DNA of 64,000 nucleotides from the human T2T-CHM13v2.0 reference genome, Homo sapiens: the NCBI RefSeq assembly GCF_009914755.1, contig NC_060925.1. One strand, given 5' to 3'. Made by a program: the position numbers and the translations under genes. The notes beneath the pieces were generated by a model that was not told the DNA's origin, searched no databases, and worked only from the letters and a program-made list of their open reading frames with translations. Below are positions 1 to 18,461 of the stretch, in pieces; within the stretch, counting starts at the first letter, position 1; each line of letters begins with the position of its first letter.

Positions 1-5060
<5,060 letters not shown>

Positions 5061-5914
5061 CCATGTATGTCTTTTTTATTTTTTTAGTTGACTTTATTCT
5101 GACTCATTTGAACCCAATGTTTATGTAACACTTCTTACACCTGACCCCAGACTCCAGTCAACGTAGAAAACACACAGTATATACCCTGCAAAATGATACC
5201 CTGTGCAGCACCACCACAAAGTGCTTCATTTTCCTCTCTACTGAGGTTCCTTGATTCCACGTAACAGAAACCCTTGCAAGCTAGCTTAATAATAGTAATT
5301 TTAAGAGGCAATTAATTAAAAGGAAATAGGATATCTGTATCATAGGTCCCAAAGGCCAAACACTTGGGCCTGAACTGGCACTAGGACAAGGGGCTGGAAT
5401 GCCATCAGGACTCTGAAAGCAACTGTTCCCAAAATTGTGCTTCTGCTTGTCCTTCCAGATGACTTACCTGCTTCATTCTTCTCTCTGAAAACAGGCTTTC
5501 TCTGCTTCTAAGTACACAGCTACCAAGTTTACATATCCTCTCTTCAAACTACCAGCAGAAGACTACCATCTCAATTGTTCCAATTACAAATTCTGGAAAA
5601 AATATGACTGGCTAATCCTGGGTCAGGTAGCTGCTGTTAGTCCTTTAAGGTACAGCAAGGTAGGAGATACTATAAAATTCAAACTAAACTTCAGAGGCAC
5701 TTATGAAAGTGGAGATAGTGTGCAGAGAATCCCAATCATATCTCATTTGCATTTGCATTTTGTGCTGGGAATCCATGGAACCCAAGTGAAATCTCAAGAG
5801 ATTTGTCAGCTCCTCTTGGAATTCAGCATGTATTAAAAAATAATCAAAGACTGTAAGATTACAGCTTTTGGCCCAAATTCAGACCACAGACATCTTTCAT
5901 TTGGCCATGTGGTA

Positions 5915-6212
5915 TTTTTTGTTTGTTTGTTTTCTGAGATGGTCTTGCTCTGTCACCCAGGCTGGAGTGCAGTGGCGTGATCTCAGCTCACTTCAACCTC
6001 CACCTCCCAGGCTCAAGTGCCTCCCACCTCAGCCTCCCAAGTAGCTGGGACTACAGGCATACACCACCATGCCTGGCTGATATTTCTATTTTTTATAGAG
6101 ACAAGGTTTTGCCACATGGCAAGGCTGGTCTCAAACTCCTGAGCCCAAGCAATCCACTCGCCTCAGCCTCCCAAAGTGCTGGGATTGCAGGCATGAGCCA
6201 CCATGCCTGGCC
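5915..6212 (-). mobile_element. Alu (old, J-like)
   Basis: Reverse-complement Alu with T-rich tail. Confidence 0.93.
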
Positions 6213-6278
6213 CCCATCTGGTGTTTTAAACAATGTGAAATTTTACATAAAAAGTAAAACAATCAAAATTACTCAGAA

Positions 6279-6383
6279 GTGCTCACTTCAACAGCACATA
6301 CACTAAAACTGTAATCTACAGAGAAGACTGTTGTGTCCCCTGCACAAGAATAACACACAAATTCATTAAGCATTCCATATTTT
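6279..6383 (+). pseudogene. U6 snRNA retropseudogene (full length, diverged)
   Basis: GTGCTCACTTCAACAGCACATACACTAAAA...ACAGAGAAGA...CCCCTGCACAAG...CAAATTC...GCATTCCATATTTT aligns end to end with U6. Confidence 0.92.
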
Positions 6384-7139
6384 GCACAGTCCCCAGAAGG
6401 TCATTTATCTGCTGACAAGCCCGAAGGGAACAGTATGAGTCATAGCAAAAAAAAAATTAAAAATATCCATTGAATTTGGCAGTTAGGAAATCATGAGTAA
6501 GCTTGACAGGTACATTAACTGGGGGAAGCAGTAAAGGCTGCCTGCAATAGGACAACTGAATGAGAAATAATTTCATTTTGAAAGGAAAATTATTCCAAAC
6601 TTTGGAAACAAGGCAAAAAGGTGAGTGGCATGTCCTTTCAGTGTCAAACCAAGGACTAGGGGATTGTACTTTGTTCATTTCATCGTTCACTATTGATTTA
6701 AAAGTCCTATACTGAATCTATACATTAACTTGTAGATTTTTGTCCAGTAAGAATGCAAATCCCTACTTCCTTTCCAGTGGAACAGATAACACCAAAAGTT
6801 ATAGTTTATTACCCTGTGAGACATTAACAGGTTTATATCTAACCTTGCCACCTTATACTAACATTACATTGTTAAATTGCCTATAAATACCTGGCTACTC
6901 AAATACACTCTCAGTAACTAATAAGTCGAATAAAGTATTTGTCACATGTCCATTTATATTTGCATAATATTGTCTGGAAAAGCCTCCCTTAGTGTTACTT
7001 CTGAAAGACCTAAATAGAGTGAAGAAACGATCTGTGTGATGACCTAGAAGAAGAGGATTACAGGTAGAGAGAAAGCTGGGTACAGACTTGGAGGCAAGAG
7101 CAAACCCAGTGGGTTCAATGAATAAGTAAAGTGCCAGAC

Positions 7140-8110
7140 TGTTTAAATCAGGGAGCGGGGAAGGAAGAGTGGTGAGAGATGGGTTCTGACATGAAGCTCA
7201 TAAAGGTGAGATAAGATACGTAAAACACTCAAGTTCACATTAAGGAGTTTGTACTTTATTCTAAGCCTAATAGGAAGCTGTTAGAGGTTTTTAAGCAAAG
7301 GGATATAATGATCTGAAAAGATATCTCGAGCTGCTCTGTGGAAAACTAACTCTTAAGGCACAATGGGGAAGCAGAGAAATCAGTTAGGAAGATAAATTTC
7401 AGACAAAATAATGATGACTTGGACCTGGGTGCGTAGGGTAAGAAATATCTTTTCCTTCTACCCATTTTAGGCTCACTGGCTGGGGATCCTGTAACAAAAG
7501 ACAAATTAACAAGAGAAAAGCATAAATATTAATGTTAGTTTTACATAACATGGAAACTTCATAAAGAAATGAAGACCCGAATAAATAGTTAACCTTAGTG
7601 TTGTTTAGAGTAGGTTTGAAGAAGAATGGAGAATTGTGGGAAAATGTGATGGGGCTAAAAGACTGTGATCTAAGGGTAATAAACTGGGGGAAACTTAGCA
7701 AGGCCTGATGTTCATATTCGTCTCTACGTCCCTGTGTTTTCAGAGATAAAGATGTTACTTTTATTCCAGGTATAGACAGGGCAATTCTCACATGAGGGTA
7801 TTACGTCCTGCTTCAGAGCAGAAAGGTGCAAGAAAGTTAGAGACATTCCTGCATATGTTCTTTCTCAAATTCCTTCAGTTCAAAGTATTCAATATGTCTA
7901 GGTGCCATATTTTTGGGTAGCATGTCCCAAACCCCGTCAGGTGGTAGAAGCAGAGGTTGTGAGAACTCGTTAAATTCGCTACATATTTTGAAGATTAAGC
8001 CAGTAAGGCTTGTTATATAAGATGTAAGGCCTGAGATAGAAGACTCAGGTATGAGTCCTTAGCCTGAGCAATTAAGAGAACGAGGTAACTGTTCACTGCA
8101 TTAGGTCCAT
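7140..8110. mobile_element. L2 fragment interrupted by an LTR
   Basis: L2-like motifs on both sides of the LTR (GGAGTTTGTACTTTATTCT...GGAAGCTGTTAGAGGTTTTTAAGCA). Confidence 0.6.
7432..7939 (-). mobile_element. ERV1-class solo LTR (MER34/MER39-like)
   Basis: Minus strand begins TGACGGGGTTTGGGACATGCTACCCAAAAATATGGCACC; 4-bp target-site duplication GGTG (7428-7431 / 7940-7943). Confidence 0.75.
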
Positions 8111-8674
8111 GGGATATTTGTTTTTATTTAATTATGTACTTAATAATTCCAGGCTATTGGTTGGACACTTAAAAAAATTTATACGATAAAATACACAGCT
8201 CTTAGGAGTTCATCCCATGAACTTTGACAATTCTATGTATCGGTGTAATATTTCCATTACCTGGGCAAATTCCCCTTCGCCGGGCCTTAAGCATAATCTA
8301 CAGAAAAAACTACGTACATAAATATACGTTTACAACTCAATGAGATTTCTAAAGTGAACCCACCTATCTATAATCAGTGTCCAAATCAAGAAACATTACC
8401 TGAACCTCAAAAGCCCCCTGGTGGCTCTTTCATGTCATTGTCCTCCCCACTATGCTCATTAACACCATGGGCTAGTTTTTAAATGGAACCACGCAATATG
8501 AACTCTTCCATGTCTGGCTTCTTTCCCTCAACTTCATTTTTTTGTGTGAAATTCACGCATGTTGCGTTTCGGTAATTTATTTTTGTACTGTACTTCCGAT
8601 TCTTTACTACAGATAATGGTCAGCCTCCATTCCGCTAACAGCTTTTTTTCCTCTCCGAGTTGCTGATTCTAATT

Positions 8675-8784
8675 GCTGCCTTGGACGATCTATAAAGCTG
8701 AGTGCGCGCTATGTGACCTCTCAGGGGTCGCTGCCTTGGACGATCTGTAAAGCTGAGTGCGCGCTATGTGACCTCTCAGGGGTT
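8675..8784. repeat. Two-copy 55-bp tandem duplication
   Basis: 8675-8729 and 8730-8784 differ at only 2 positions. Confidence 0.95.
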
Positions 8785-9329
8785 GTTTCCAACCGTGTTG
8801 TTGACATCTTGAGCCTGCCAAGGACTAGAATAATCTGAAAACTAGGCTTCTCTGGGGGTCTCACTGAGTGACAGGGTTAGAACCAGAAGAGAACATCGTC
8901 TCCAGAAGACATTTCACCATTTTCTTTGATGGTAAACAGGCTCACTTATACCGAATCCAAACCCAGGCGAGAACTACGGACTCTTGAAATGGTCGGTGAA
9001 AGGGGCGAAAGCACCAGGAAATCGTGCTTCAACAGTCCATGACTGAAAGGAGGGCCTGAAACTGTGGCCATAGGCGGGCCCTTTTGTTAGGGCCTTGACC
9101 TGGGCTTCCGCTACAGGGCCCGGTCACGAGGCCAACGTAGCTCCACCTCCTACGGCGGCCAGTGATGACGCCACCACGTCGGAACTGTTAGACCGCGGTG
9201 ACGTCTCCACCGCGCCAAACTCACTGAAAATCAAACCGCTACCATTAGGAGCCCTCCACGCTTAACATATCCGTTCTTTCTCGTTTGAAAGTAACCAGGC
9301 TGCTCCTCCCCATTTTTCGCCTTCTTCTC

Positions 9330-9444
9330 GCGGAGGCTGAGAGACTAACCTTACACAACATGGCGGCCTGGTGTGTCTGGTGTCCTAGAGCGGACGAAAG
9401 CAGGTGACTCTCTAGTCAACTTCCGACTTGGACTCCGAAGATCG
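9330..9444 (+). other. CACYBP: Probable upstream alternative first exon of CACYBP (5' boundary approximate)
   Basis: Donor CG|GTACGT at 9445. Splicing to exon 2 would give translation from Met44 (14483), 185 aa, matching the short isoform I recall. Confidence 0.55.
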
Positions 9445-9935
9445 GTACGTTATTTCCGGGGCTGGGTTAACGCAGCGGTTCCGAGCTGCGACTGCGCAGC
9501 GTGGCCCAGCGCGGTCAAATTATAATACATAAAAGTTGTCAGGGCGGAGAGCAAGACATTACTCTTCTCGGATTGCCGGTTCGCTCGCGAGACTTGAGCG
9601 TTGCTAGGAGATTCGGCAGGCGGGCGGAGCCAGACTCGGCGGGGCGGGGAGGGGTGGGGCTAGGCTCGGCGAGGCGAGGAAGGGTGGGTGGAGCCAGGCT
9701 TGGCGGGCTGTGCGTGCTCGCGGTGGGCGGTGGCGGCGGCTGCCTCGCGAAGGTTCGAGATCCGTCGCGTGCGGGAGGCGGGCCGCGATCTTGCGCAGGG
9801 TCGGTGTGGGCGCAGGCTGCAGCGCCGCGACTCGTGCGGGTAGGCGTCTGCGCTCGGTTTGAGGGCTCGGCGCGGGGTTTCCTGTTCCTTCTTCTGCGCG
9901 GCTGCAGCTCGGGACTTCGGCCTGACCCAGCCCCC

Positions 9936-9950
9936 ATGGCTTCAGAAGAG
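9936..9950 (+). CDS. CACYBP: Calcyclin-binding protein / Siah-interacting protein, coding exon 1 (MASEE)
   Basis: CCCATGG start followed by donor GAG|GTAAGT; spliced exons total 687 nt = 228 aa + stop. Confidence 0.93.
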
Positions 9951-11074
9951 GTAAGTGGTCCGGCCCCATATTCCTTATGCCCCCCGGCTGGAGCTGCAGC
10001 GCCAGCCTCCCGCCCTACCGCCGTTTCCGTGGGCTGAGCCGCCCTGCGGCCACCCGGTCCCGCGCCAGTCAGTGCGCCGCCTTCCCGGGGGACACCTCAC
10101 TCGCCCCTTGCTGCGCCGTCGGCTCCCCAGCGCTTCCACTCGACCTCGCACCCCACTCGCCTGCTGGGCTCGAGCGGGGGTGTGCGGCGATTATCCGTGC
10201 AGGCGGTGCGGGGAGTGGGTCTGGGAGAGCGGCCCTTTGCGCGTGTTCCTCAGGCCCTTTCTGCCCTGGTTTCCCAGCCAGTGGACAGGAAGCTTCATTC
10301 AAGCAAAGCTGGGTGCAAACATGAGTGTCGTTCTTGGTAGAGGGCGGTTGGAAGGTGAGTTCTCAGTGCTAGCACTTGAATTCTCCTAGTCAGGTTTTCT
10401 CTACACACGAGGAGCTGTGTTACTCTGGGCAAGTTGTTTAGCTTCTCTGTGTCGCAGTAGCATCCATTTCATAGGGTTGTTAAAAAATATGATTTCTAGG
10501 TGTTTAAGTCAGTGATTGGCAAACAGCAATCTGCTGTATGTGATTTTTAAAATAAATAACTTGGAAAGTTAGTTGTAATTAATAGTAAGAAAGCGAATGG
10601 CCTGTGTTAAAGCTCTGTAAACTCTGAACGTTGGAGAATTAAATTTTGTGGAGACTTAGTTTGCTCAGTTAGAAAATGGGAATGATAGTACTTGTATTGC
10701 TCATTTCCTGGCGTAAGTGGGAGGTGAAGACGGGACAGTTATTCACAGTTAAGTGTTGGGTGTGTATTAACTAGATTTGCTTTATGAAAACAAGTACTGG
10801 GGAGTCCCAAGCTTTTGTTTTGTTTTGTTTTTGTTTTTTAAACTCAAAATCTTTTCTTTAAATGAAGAAAAACTATGAGGTTTGTGTGTTCCAGTATTAA
10901 TCTGGGTATCTTGTGACAAGTCTTTTAAGGTAGGTCTTGGGTACTATGTGCCCCTAGGAGATAACTTCACAGTCTTGCAGGTGGATAGCTCAGTGTTAGT
11001 CCTCTTGAAAGTAGAGATCGTTCTCAGTTTAGGCACTTAGAAATATACATTTGAGGGCACTTGATTTTTGTTTT

Positions 11075-12215
<1,141 letters not shown>

Positions 12216-12817
12216 GAGGCACATTGGTGTTAATGCCTCCTAGTGAAAAATTAGGAAATAGGAAGATAAAGCTTGAATGCCTTATGGGTAGGGATAAAAG
12301 GGAAATAAAATTTTTATATACGTAAAACAAACACATGCCAAGAAGGCAAGGAAAATTACATGATAAATTAGATAGGAAACTAGGACATCTTAAAGTATTT
12401 GTGCAGAAAAAGCATCAAAGGAATCACCTTTGTTGGTTTCAAGTCTGCCAATAACAGAACTGAGGAACTGTCTCAGTTTTAAGTTTTTTCAGTGGATACT
12501 TCATAATAAAAAGAGTACTTTAGAGTCAAAACTGGCAATAAAGAGGGCTTGGGAATTCAGCCATTGGGGGAATCCCTTGCCTAATTCGAAGTACCTTTCT
12601 CATTCTGCTAGATAAAGTATTCCTATTTCAGTCAAAAAGCAAAACCTCTTGCTTAGACTTAATATATTTCATTTTACATTTCAATATTTTTATTATGAAT
12701 TAGGAGTTGTAGAATCAGCGTTTTTTTGAAACCATTACAATAAAAATATTACTTTGAACTGAAACATTTTGGTTCTATGCTCAAAAGATGAGTTTGCAAG
12801 ATTTTTTGTCATAGTAA

Positions 12818-13173
<356 letters not shown>

Positions 13174-14368
13174 AGAGTTGAACTTTTTATACCATGTCAT
13201 CTGTTATAGATAGGCAAAACTAGGGCATCTGAGTTAAATGAGATAACAAAAGACTTGTAGTAAAAGAAAAGAATTAGTTCTGTTATTGCATTTTATAAGA
13301 CTATTAAGAAACAGGCTTTCAAACTCTGTTGTGCGTCTGATATTCTGAGTTATAAAGCACTAAAAGACTTTTTTAAATTGAGCTTTTGATATCAAGCTGT
13401 GACACAAGATTTTTTTGGTCAAGTTGGTAGTGTCAAGCCAGAGTGTAAAGTTATTGTAAGAAAAGTGAAACAGCTGTTTGGAAAGATCTTGTGTATTTGC
13501 AGTATGTCAGAGGGTAATTGGGGGAAAAAAAACTTAGGCTCAATAATTTTCTAACATTGTCTTTAACTCTTGAATTTCATAAAATGTTGCCTCTATCTCT
13601 AGAAAGTAGAAAGTAGTAGACTTTAATAGATGATGGATTGGCAAGAGAAGAAAATGAGAACGTGGTGGCTTTTTCAAAAGATAATTTCCAAGAGTATGTT
13701 GCATTTTCGGTCTTTTGTCACCTTCTGTGCAACCAACTCCTACACTTCTGAGTGTAAGACTGACCCAGCTTCAGAGCAAGACTTTTCCTCAAAAGCAGAA
13801 ATTTTTTTTTTTATCTTTTGTCTTAAAAATTAAGACTTTTTTTATGTGAGGTATTTGAGGTGGGAAGATAATGAAGACCAATCAGTGACAGAAAGTGGAG
13901 CATTCATTACCTCAGTTAAGTTTGCTATAAAAGCATTTTACCATGGTCACTGCATGTTCTCTCATCTCTTAAATATTTTAAAAGTGTCTAACATCTAATG
14001 ACACTCGGATTAGATGTTACAAGGAAATCTATGAATCCTTTGTCAAAAAAAAGTTCTTTGTTTTACTTTTTAGGTCGCAGACGTTTCTTGTAAATATTTT
14101 AAAACATAAACTGGAAAATTTAGGTTTGAAGACCTATTTATTGTTTGTTCAAGATTGTTCAAAGTTTTCCTTTTGAAAAAAAGGAAGCTTGAGTTAATTA
14201 CAGTTAATAAGCCAGATGGAAGAATTGAAGTTGCAACTCAATCCTAGAAAATTTAGATGAACTTCTTAATTCTTAGTGCTTATTTCAGTAAGTTGAAATG
14301 AGTGATACGCACAATATCAAGCCATTTCCTTATTTATCATAGCTAACTTATTTTTTGTCTTAACACAG

Positions 14369-14588
14369 CTACAGAAAGATCTAGAAGAGGTAAAGGTGTT
14401 GCTGGAAAAGGCTACTAGGAAAAGAGTACGTGATGCCCTTACAGCTGAAAAATCCAAGATTGAGACAGAAATCAAGAACAAGATGCAACAGAAATCACAG
14501 AAGAAAGCAGAACTTCTTGATAATGAAAAACCAGCTGCTGTGGTTGCTCCCATTACAACGGGCTATACGGTGAAAATCAGTAATTATG
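14369..14588 (+). CDS. CACYBP: CACYBP coding exon 2 ([14 protein letters not shown]...PAAVVAP...ISNY)
   Basis: AG/GT boundaries, 220 nt; contains the Siah-binding PxAxVxP motif (14531-14551). Confidence 0.96.
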
Positions 14589-14857
14589 GTATGACTTGCT
14601 TCCCTATAGCCAGTTCTGCCTCCGAGCAACCTATTCCTCATAGTGGTCTAACAAATTCATCCCCAATGAGTTTTGAGTCTGTGTTTTTGGTGGTTTGGAG
14701 CAAGACCCATCAGTTTTTATTTAATAAAACTTTTTTAAGATATAAATAGGAAAGGATGCGTTCTAGAAGCTGTTAACAAGAGTAAGGTGATTCACTACAA
14801 AATGTAACAACAAGGAAGGAACTTATTCTGAAATTGTTCAGTATAAGACACAGCTTT

Positions 14858-14881
14858 GGTGGTGGTGGTGGTGGTGGTGGT
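14858..14881. repeat. (GGT)n microsatellite
   Basis: Eight GGT units. Confidence 0.9.
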
Positions 14882-15644
14882 TTTTAATCATGTTTTATGT
14901 TTCACTCTGCCAACCACCACAATTAACTGAGGAGAGGAATCCAGTTAAATTCAGGAAATATTTTTGAGCACCTAATGTGTATCACTATTGTGCTTTGACT
15001 TACGGATACACAACAGTGACTAAGACCCAGTCCTTGCTCATGTTGTGGTTGGGACATTGACGTATAACTCGTAGTATAACAATGTAGTAATACTGTTTTC
15101 CTTCAATGGTGTATACAGTTTTTTGTTTTGGCGGCAGCGCAACTTGAATATGAATGATGAGCTCTCATTGGAGCAAGGACAGTCTTGTTTTTCTTTGTGC
15201 TAATAATGTCTAGCACATAATAGGTAACATAGCTGAAGAAATAATTCTGGAGGTGAGGAACAGGGAGAATTAGAGAGATTTGAGTGTGAAGGGTGAGTCG
15301 TACATTCAGCAAGTCAAAAAGGAGGGGAACAGCATGAGCAGAGAATGTGAATAGAGAGTTGGAAGGCATGATCTATTTTGAATATTGTTAATAGTGAAAA
15401 GCATGTGTATGTCGTGCTTAAGAGATGTACTATATAGTAATATAGGAAATTGCACCGTGTACTCAGTTGAGTATAGGAAACTGGTCTGAAGGTGTTGAGG
15501 ATTATGGTATTTTAACCAGGAACATAGATTTGTGTTGAGGGAGAAACTTGTCAATCCGGAGGATGGACTGACTGAATGGGAAGAAACTATTAATAAATGA
15601 AGTTCTCTGGACCCCACTAGGGCATTTTTTCATCAACACTGTTT

Positions 15645-15747
15645 CTTTTTAATTTTCGAGGGTACATAGTAGGTGTATATATTTATGGGGTACATGAGAT
15701 GTTTGATATAGGCATGCAATGTGAAAAACGTCATGGAGGATGGGGCA
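15645..15747 (-). mobile_element. Very short L1MA-type 3' end
   Basis: GGGTACATAGTAGGTGTATATATTTATGGGGTACATGAGATG; flanked by TGTTTCT repeats. Confidence 0.7.
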
Positions 15748-16499
15748 TGTTTCTATTCTATAGGACTAAGTGAGCAATAGTCAGGGATATGTATGTATAT
15801 ATTCTTGATAAACAGAAGATGCTTTTTTGTGAAGTTTTTTATTTTCTACAAATGTGATGGTATTTTGTGAAGTATTTATATATATGTCTTTTATGTTGAC
15901 AGAGTTCTTCTAGGTCAGAGACGTGCTGGTAGTTTGATAATACATACTGAAATGGCATTTAACAGATACCAGTAGGTTTGTCAGATTTGGATGAAGAATT
16001 GGAGTCTTTTACATTCTACTTTGCCCTGGAAAGGAATTAAGAGAGCTAGGATTCCATTTGTTTGACTACTTACAGAAGTAGAAATGGTTATGGAATTAGT
16101 ATTGATACTTAGCCATCCAGCTTAGTGGAGAACTACCAATATTTAGATGTCGGACAAAATTGTTTCCATAAAAGCTGTAAATGAACTAATCTTAAAGAAT
16201 GTATTTAGTGATCATATTTTTATTCTGAGGGATAAAAAGAGCATAGGTTTTGTATTCAGAAACCTGGATTTGAATCTGAATTCTACCACTTGTTAGATGC
16301 CTAGCTTTGGGTAGAGTACTTAACTGCTTTGAGGCTCCATTTCTCAACCTAGAAAATTTCTTATATTTCAAATTTTTTCATGTTTATATGACTGGATTTT
16401 CATAATTTTACTTTCCTGACTTATGAGCCATGTGCATTTGCTGTTCTAAAGATAGTTTCAGAGGCTTACTTACGTCCCATCTTTTGTTGTCGTTGCCAG

Positions 16500-16596
16500 G
16501 ATGGGATCAGTCAGATAAGTTTGTGAAAATCTACATTACCTTAACTGGAGTTCATCAAGTTCCCACTGAGAATGTGCAGGTGCATTTCACAGAGAG
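16500..16596 (+). CDS. CACYBP: CACYBP coding exon 3 ([31 protein letters not shown]; CS domain)
   Basis: CAG acceptor, GTGAG donor, 97 nt, phase consistent. Confidence 0.96.
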
Positions 16597-16852
16597 GTGA
16601 GTTCTCATTATAATGGGAAAGACAGTGAATTAACAGTCAACATTGCCTTATCTTGAGACTCTCTTCTTTGCAGTTTTTAAAATTCTTAAATTTAGAATTA
16701 ATTATCCTTTACAACTACTTTGAAGAGGTGAGCGTTAACTGGCCAAATGCACACCCTGAAATAAAGCCAGCAGCTTTTTTCCCACAAGAACTATGGAGTA
16801 AGGGTACCTTTCATAGAACTAGAAAGATGATGTATTCACCATTGTGTTGCAG

Positions 16853-16952
16853 GTCATTTGATCTTTTGGTAAAGAATCTAAATGGGAAGAGTTACTCCAT
16901 GATTGTGAACAATCTCTTGAAACCCATCTCTGTGGAAGGCAGTTCAAAAAAA
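16853..16952 (+). CDS. CACYBP: CACYBP coding exon 4 ([33 protein letters not shown])
   Basis: CAG/GTGAG boundaries, 100 nt; within ORF 16653-16985. Confidence 0.96.
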
Positions 16953-17054
16953 GTGAGTGTGCTTTTTTTGATTGTAATATTGTGAAACCTTACCAAATTG
17001 AACCTGGCTGATTTAGAACTGAGATGAACTGGAATGAATTTGTCCTCTGTAACA

Positions 17055-17245
17055 GGGACCACCGCCTGTTTTGTGAATGTTTTATTGGGACATAGCCAGG
17101 CTTATTTGTTCATGTGTTGTTTGTGGATGCTTTTGTGCTACAATGGCAGAGTTAAGTGGCTACAGCAGACCATATGGCCCTAAATGAAACCTAAAATATT
17201 TACTATGCGGCCCTCGACAGAGAACATTTGCCAACTCCTTTTGTA
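17055..17245. mobile_element. MER58-like hAT-Charlie MITE
   Basis: GTTTTATTGGGACATAGCC...CTACAATGGCAGAGTT...AAAATATTTACT...TTTGCCAACTCCT. Confidence 0.75.
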
Positions 17246-18363
17246 GAATAGGCTATTGTAAGAATATTCCATTAAAATCAGGGAGGAAGTAAACGTTTGA
17301 AGGTAGTTAAGAGTGAGACTTGAGTTTTATGCCAGGTTTACAGCTTATTGTTTGTGACCTTTGGCAGCTTAATCACTCTGTGCCTCAGTTTCTGCATTTA
17401 TGCGATAGTAATAATTTATTTCACAAAGTTGAAATGATACACTGAAGTGCAATACCATTATGTAAAGTGCTTAAATTAATGCTAGTGTTAGCATTGTGCA
17501 TAATACTTGTATACATAAAAGGAGGTCTTAAGCACTTAGCCTCCTTGGAGTTAGAAGCAGCTATAAAAATAAGGAAACTGTCTTTTAAAAACTACTCTTT
17601 GTAATTTTTACTAAATCAGATAGTCCCTGTTTTCTGCCTAATGTGAATAAATGAAGTTTAATGCGTTAGGTATATAGACATGACATTCTGCCATCTGTTT
17701 TTATAATACATAATTACTTAACAGCTTACAGGTGATACTCAAATATAGTTGGATTCGCTGTCTTACTGCACCCTTCTGCATCCGCTAGTCCCATAGGTAG
17801 AGTACCAAAAGATCCCTAGTATTGATCATTGTTTAAAAGACCTGTACATTGCCCTTCTTTCTCACTTTCAAATGCCTCACCTTGCCCCATACTGCCTTAT
17901 ACGACTTGGTTTCTTGCCTATCCCCGACCCCTCTTATTATATTACTGTCTTTTTCAGTCACTAAAATCCAGCCACTCCTCCTGCTCCTCAAACACACCAA
18001 GATGATCCCATCTTGGAGCCATTCTACATGCTCTGCCAACTGCCTTCTCCTGACCTTAGGCTTCGGCTCAGATTTGCCTCAGAGAGGCCTTCCTAATGAA
18101 GTTCCTGCCCCCACCCCCCATTAACACCCGCTTTGTCTTGATAGCACTTTCCAGGATATCAGGGTATTCAAGTTTTACTTATTTATGGTCTTTTCACACC
18201 ATGAATGTTCAGATTTTGGCCTATTCATACAAGTATTACTGGCACCCAAAATAAGTCTATACATACTAGGGACTTGATCAATTGAATAGATAATTGTTTT
18301 ATAAATATTCATGCTTATCTCCATGTCTTCTAAGCTGTATTTGTTTTCCTGCTTTTCTTCCAG

Positions 18364-18461
18364 GTCAAGACTGATACAGTTCTTATATTGTGTAGAAAGA
18401 AAGTGGAAAACACAAGGTGGGATTACCTGACCCAGGTTGAAAAGGAGTGCAAAGAAAAAGA
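18364..18461 (+). CDS. CACYBP: CACYBP coding exon 5 ([32 protein letters not shown])
   Basis: Pyrimidine tract + CAG acceptor, GTGAG donor, 98 nt. Confidence 0.96.

Larger units (their letters stand above)
9000..10260 (+). promoter_or_regulatory. CpG-island promoter of CACYBP
   Basis: High CpG/GC density; GC boxes; CRE-like TGACG (about 9166 and 9199); GCTCGCGAGA BANP/ZBTB33-type motif 9583-9592; YY1/TISU motif about 9356-9367. Confidence 0.9.

Noticed and set aside
9501-10389. Several 115-178 aa ORFs on both strands over the CACYBP promoter
   Set aside because: Stop-poor GC-rich CpG-island sequence giving low-complexity G/A/R/P translations; only MASEE belongs to the real gene.
14396-14749. 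117-aa ORF as a standalone gene
   Set aside because: CACYBP exon 2 running on into intron 2.
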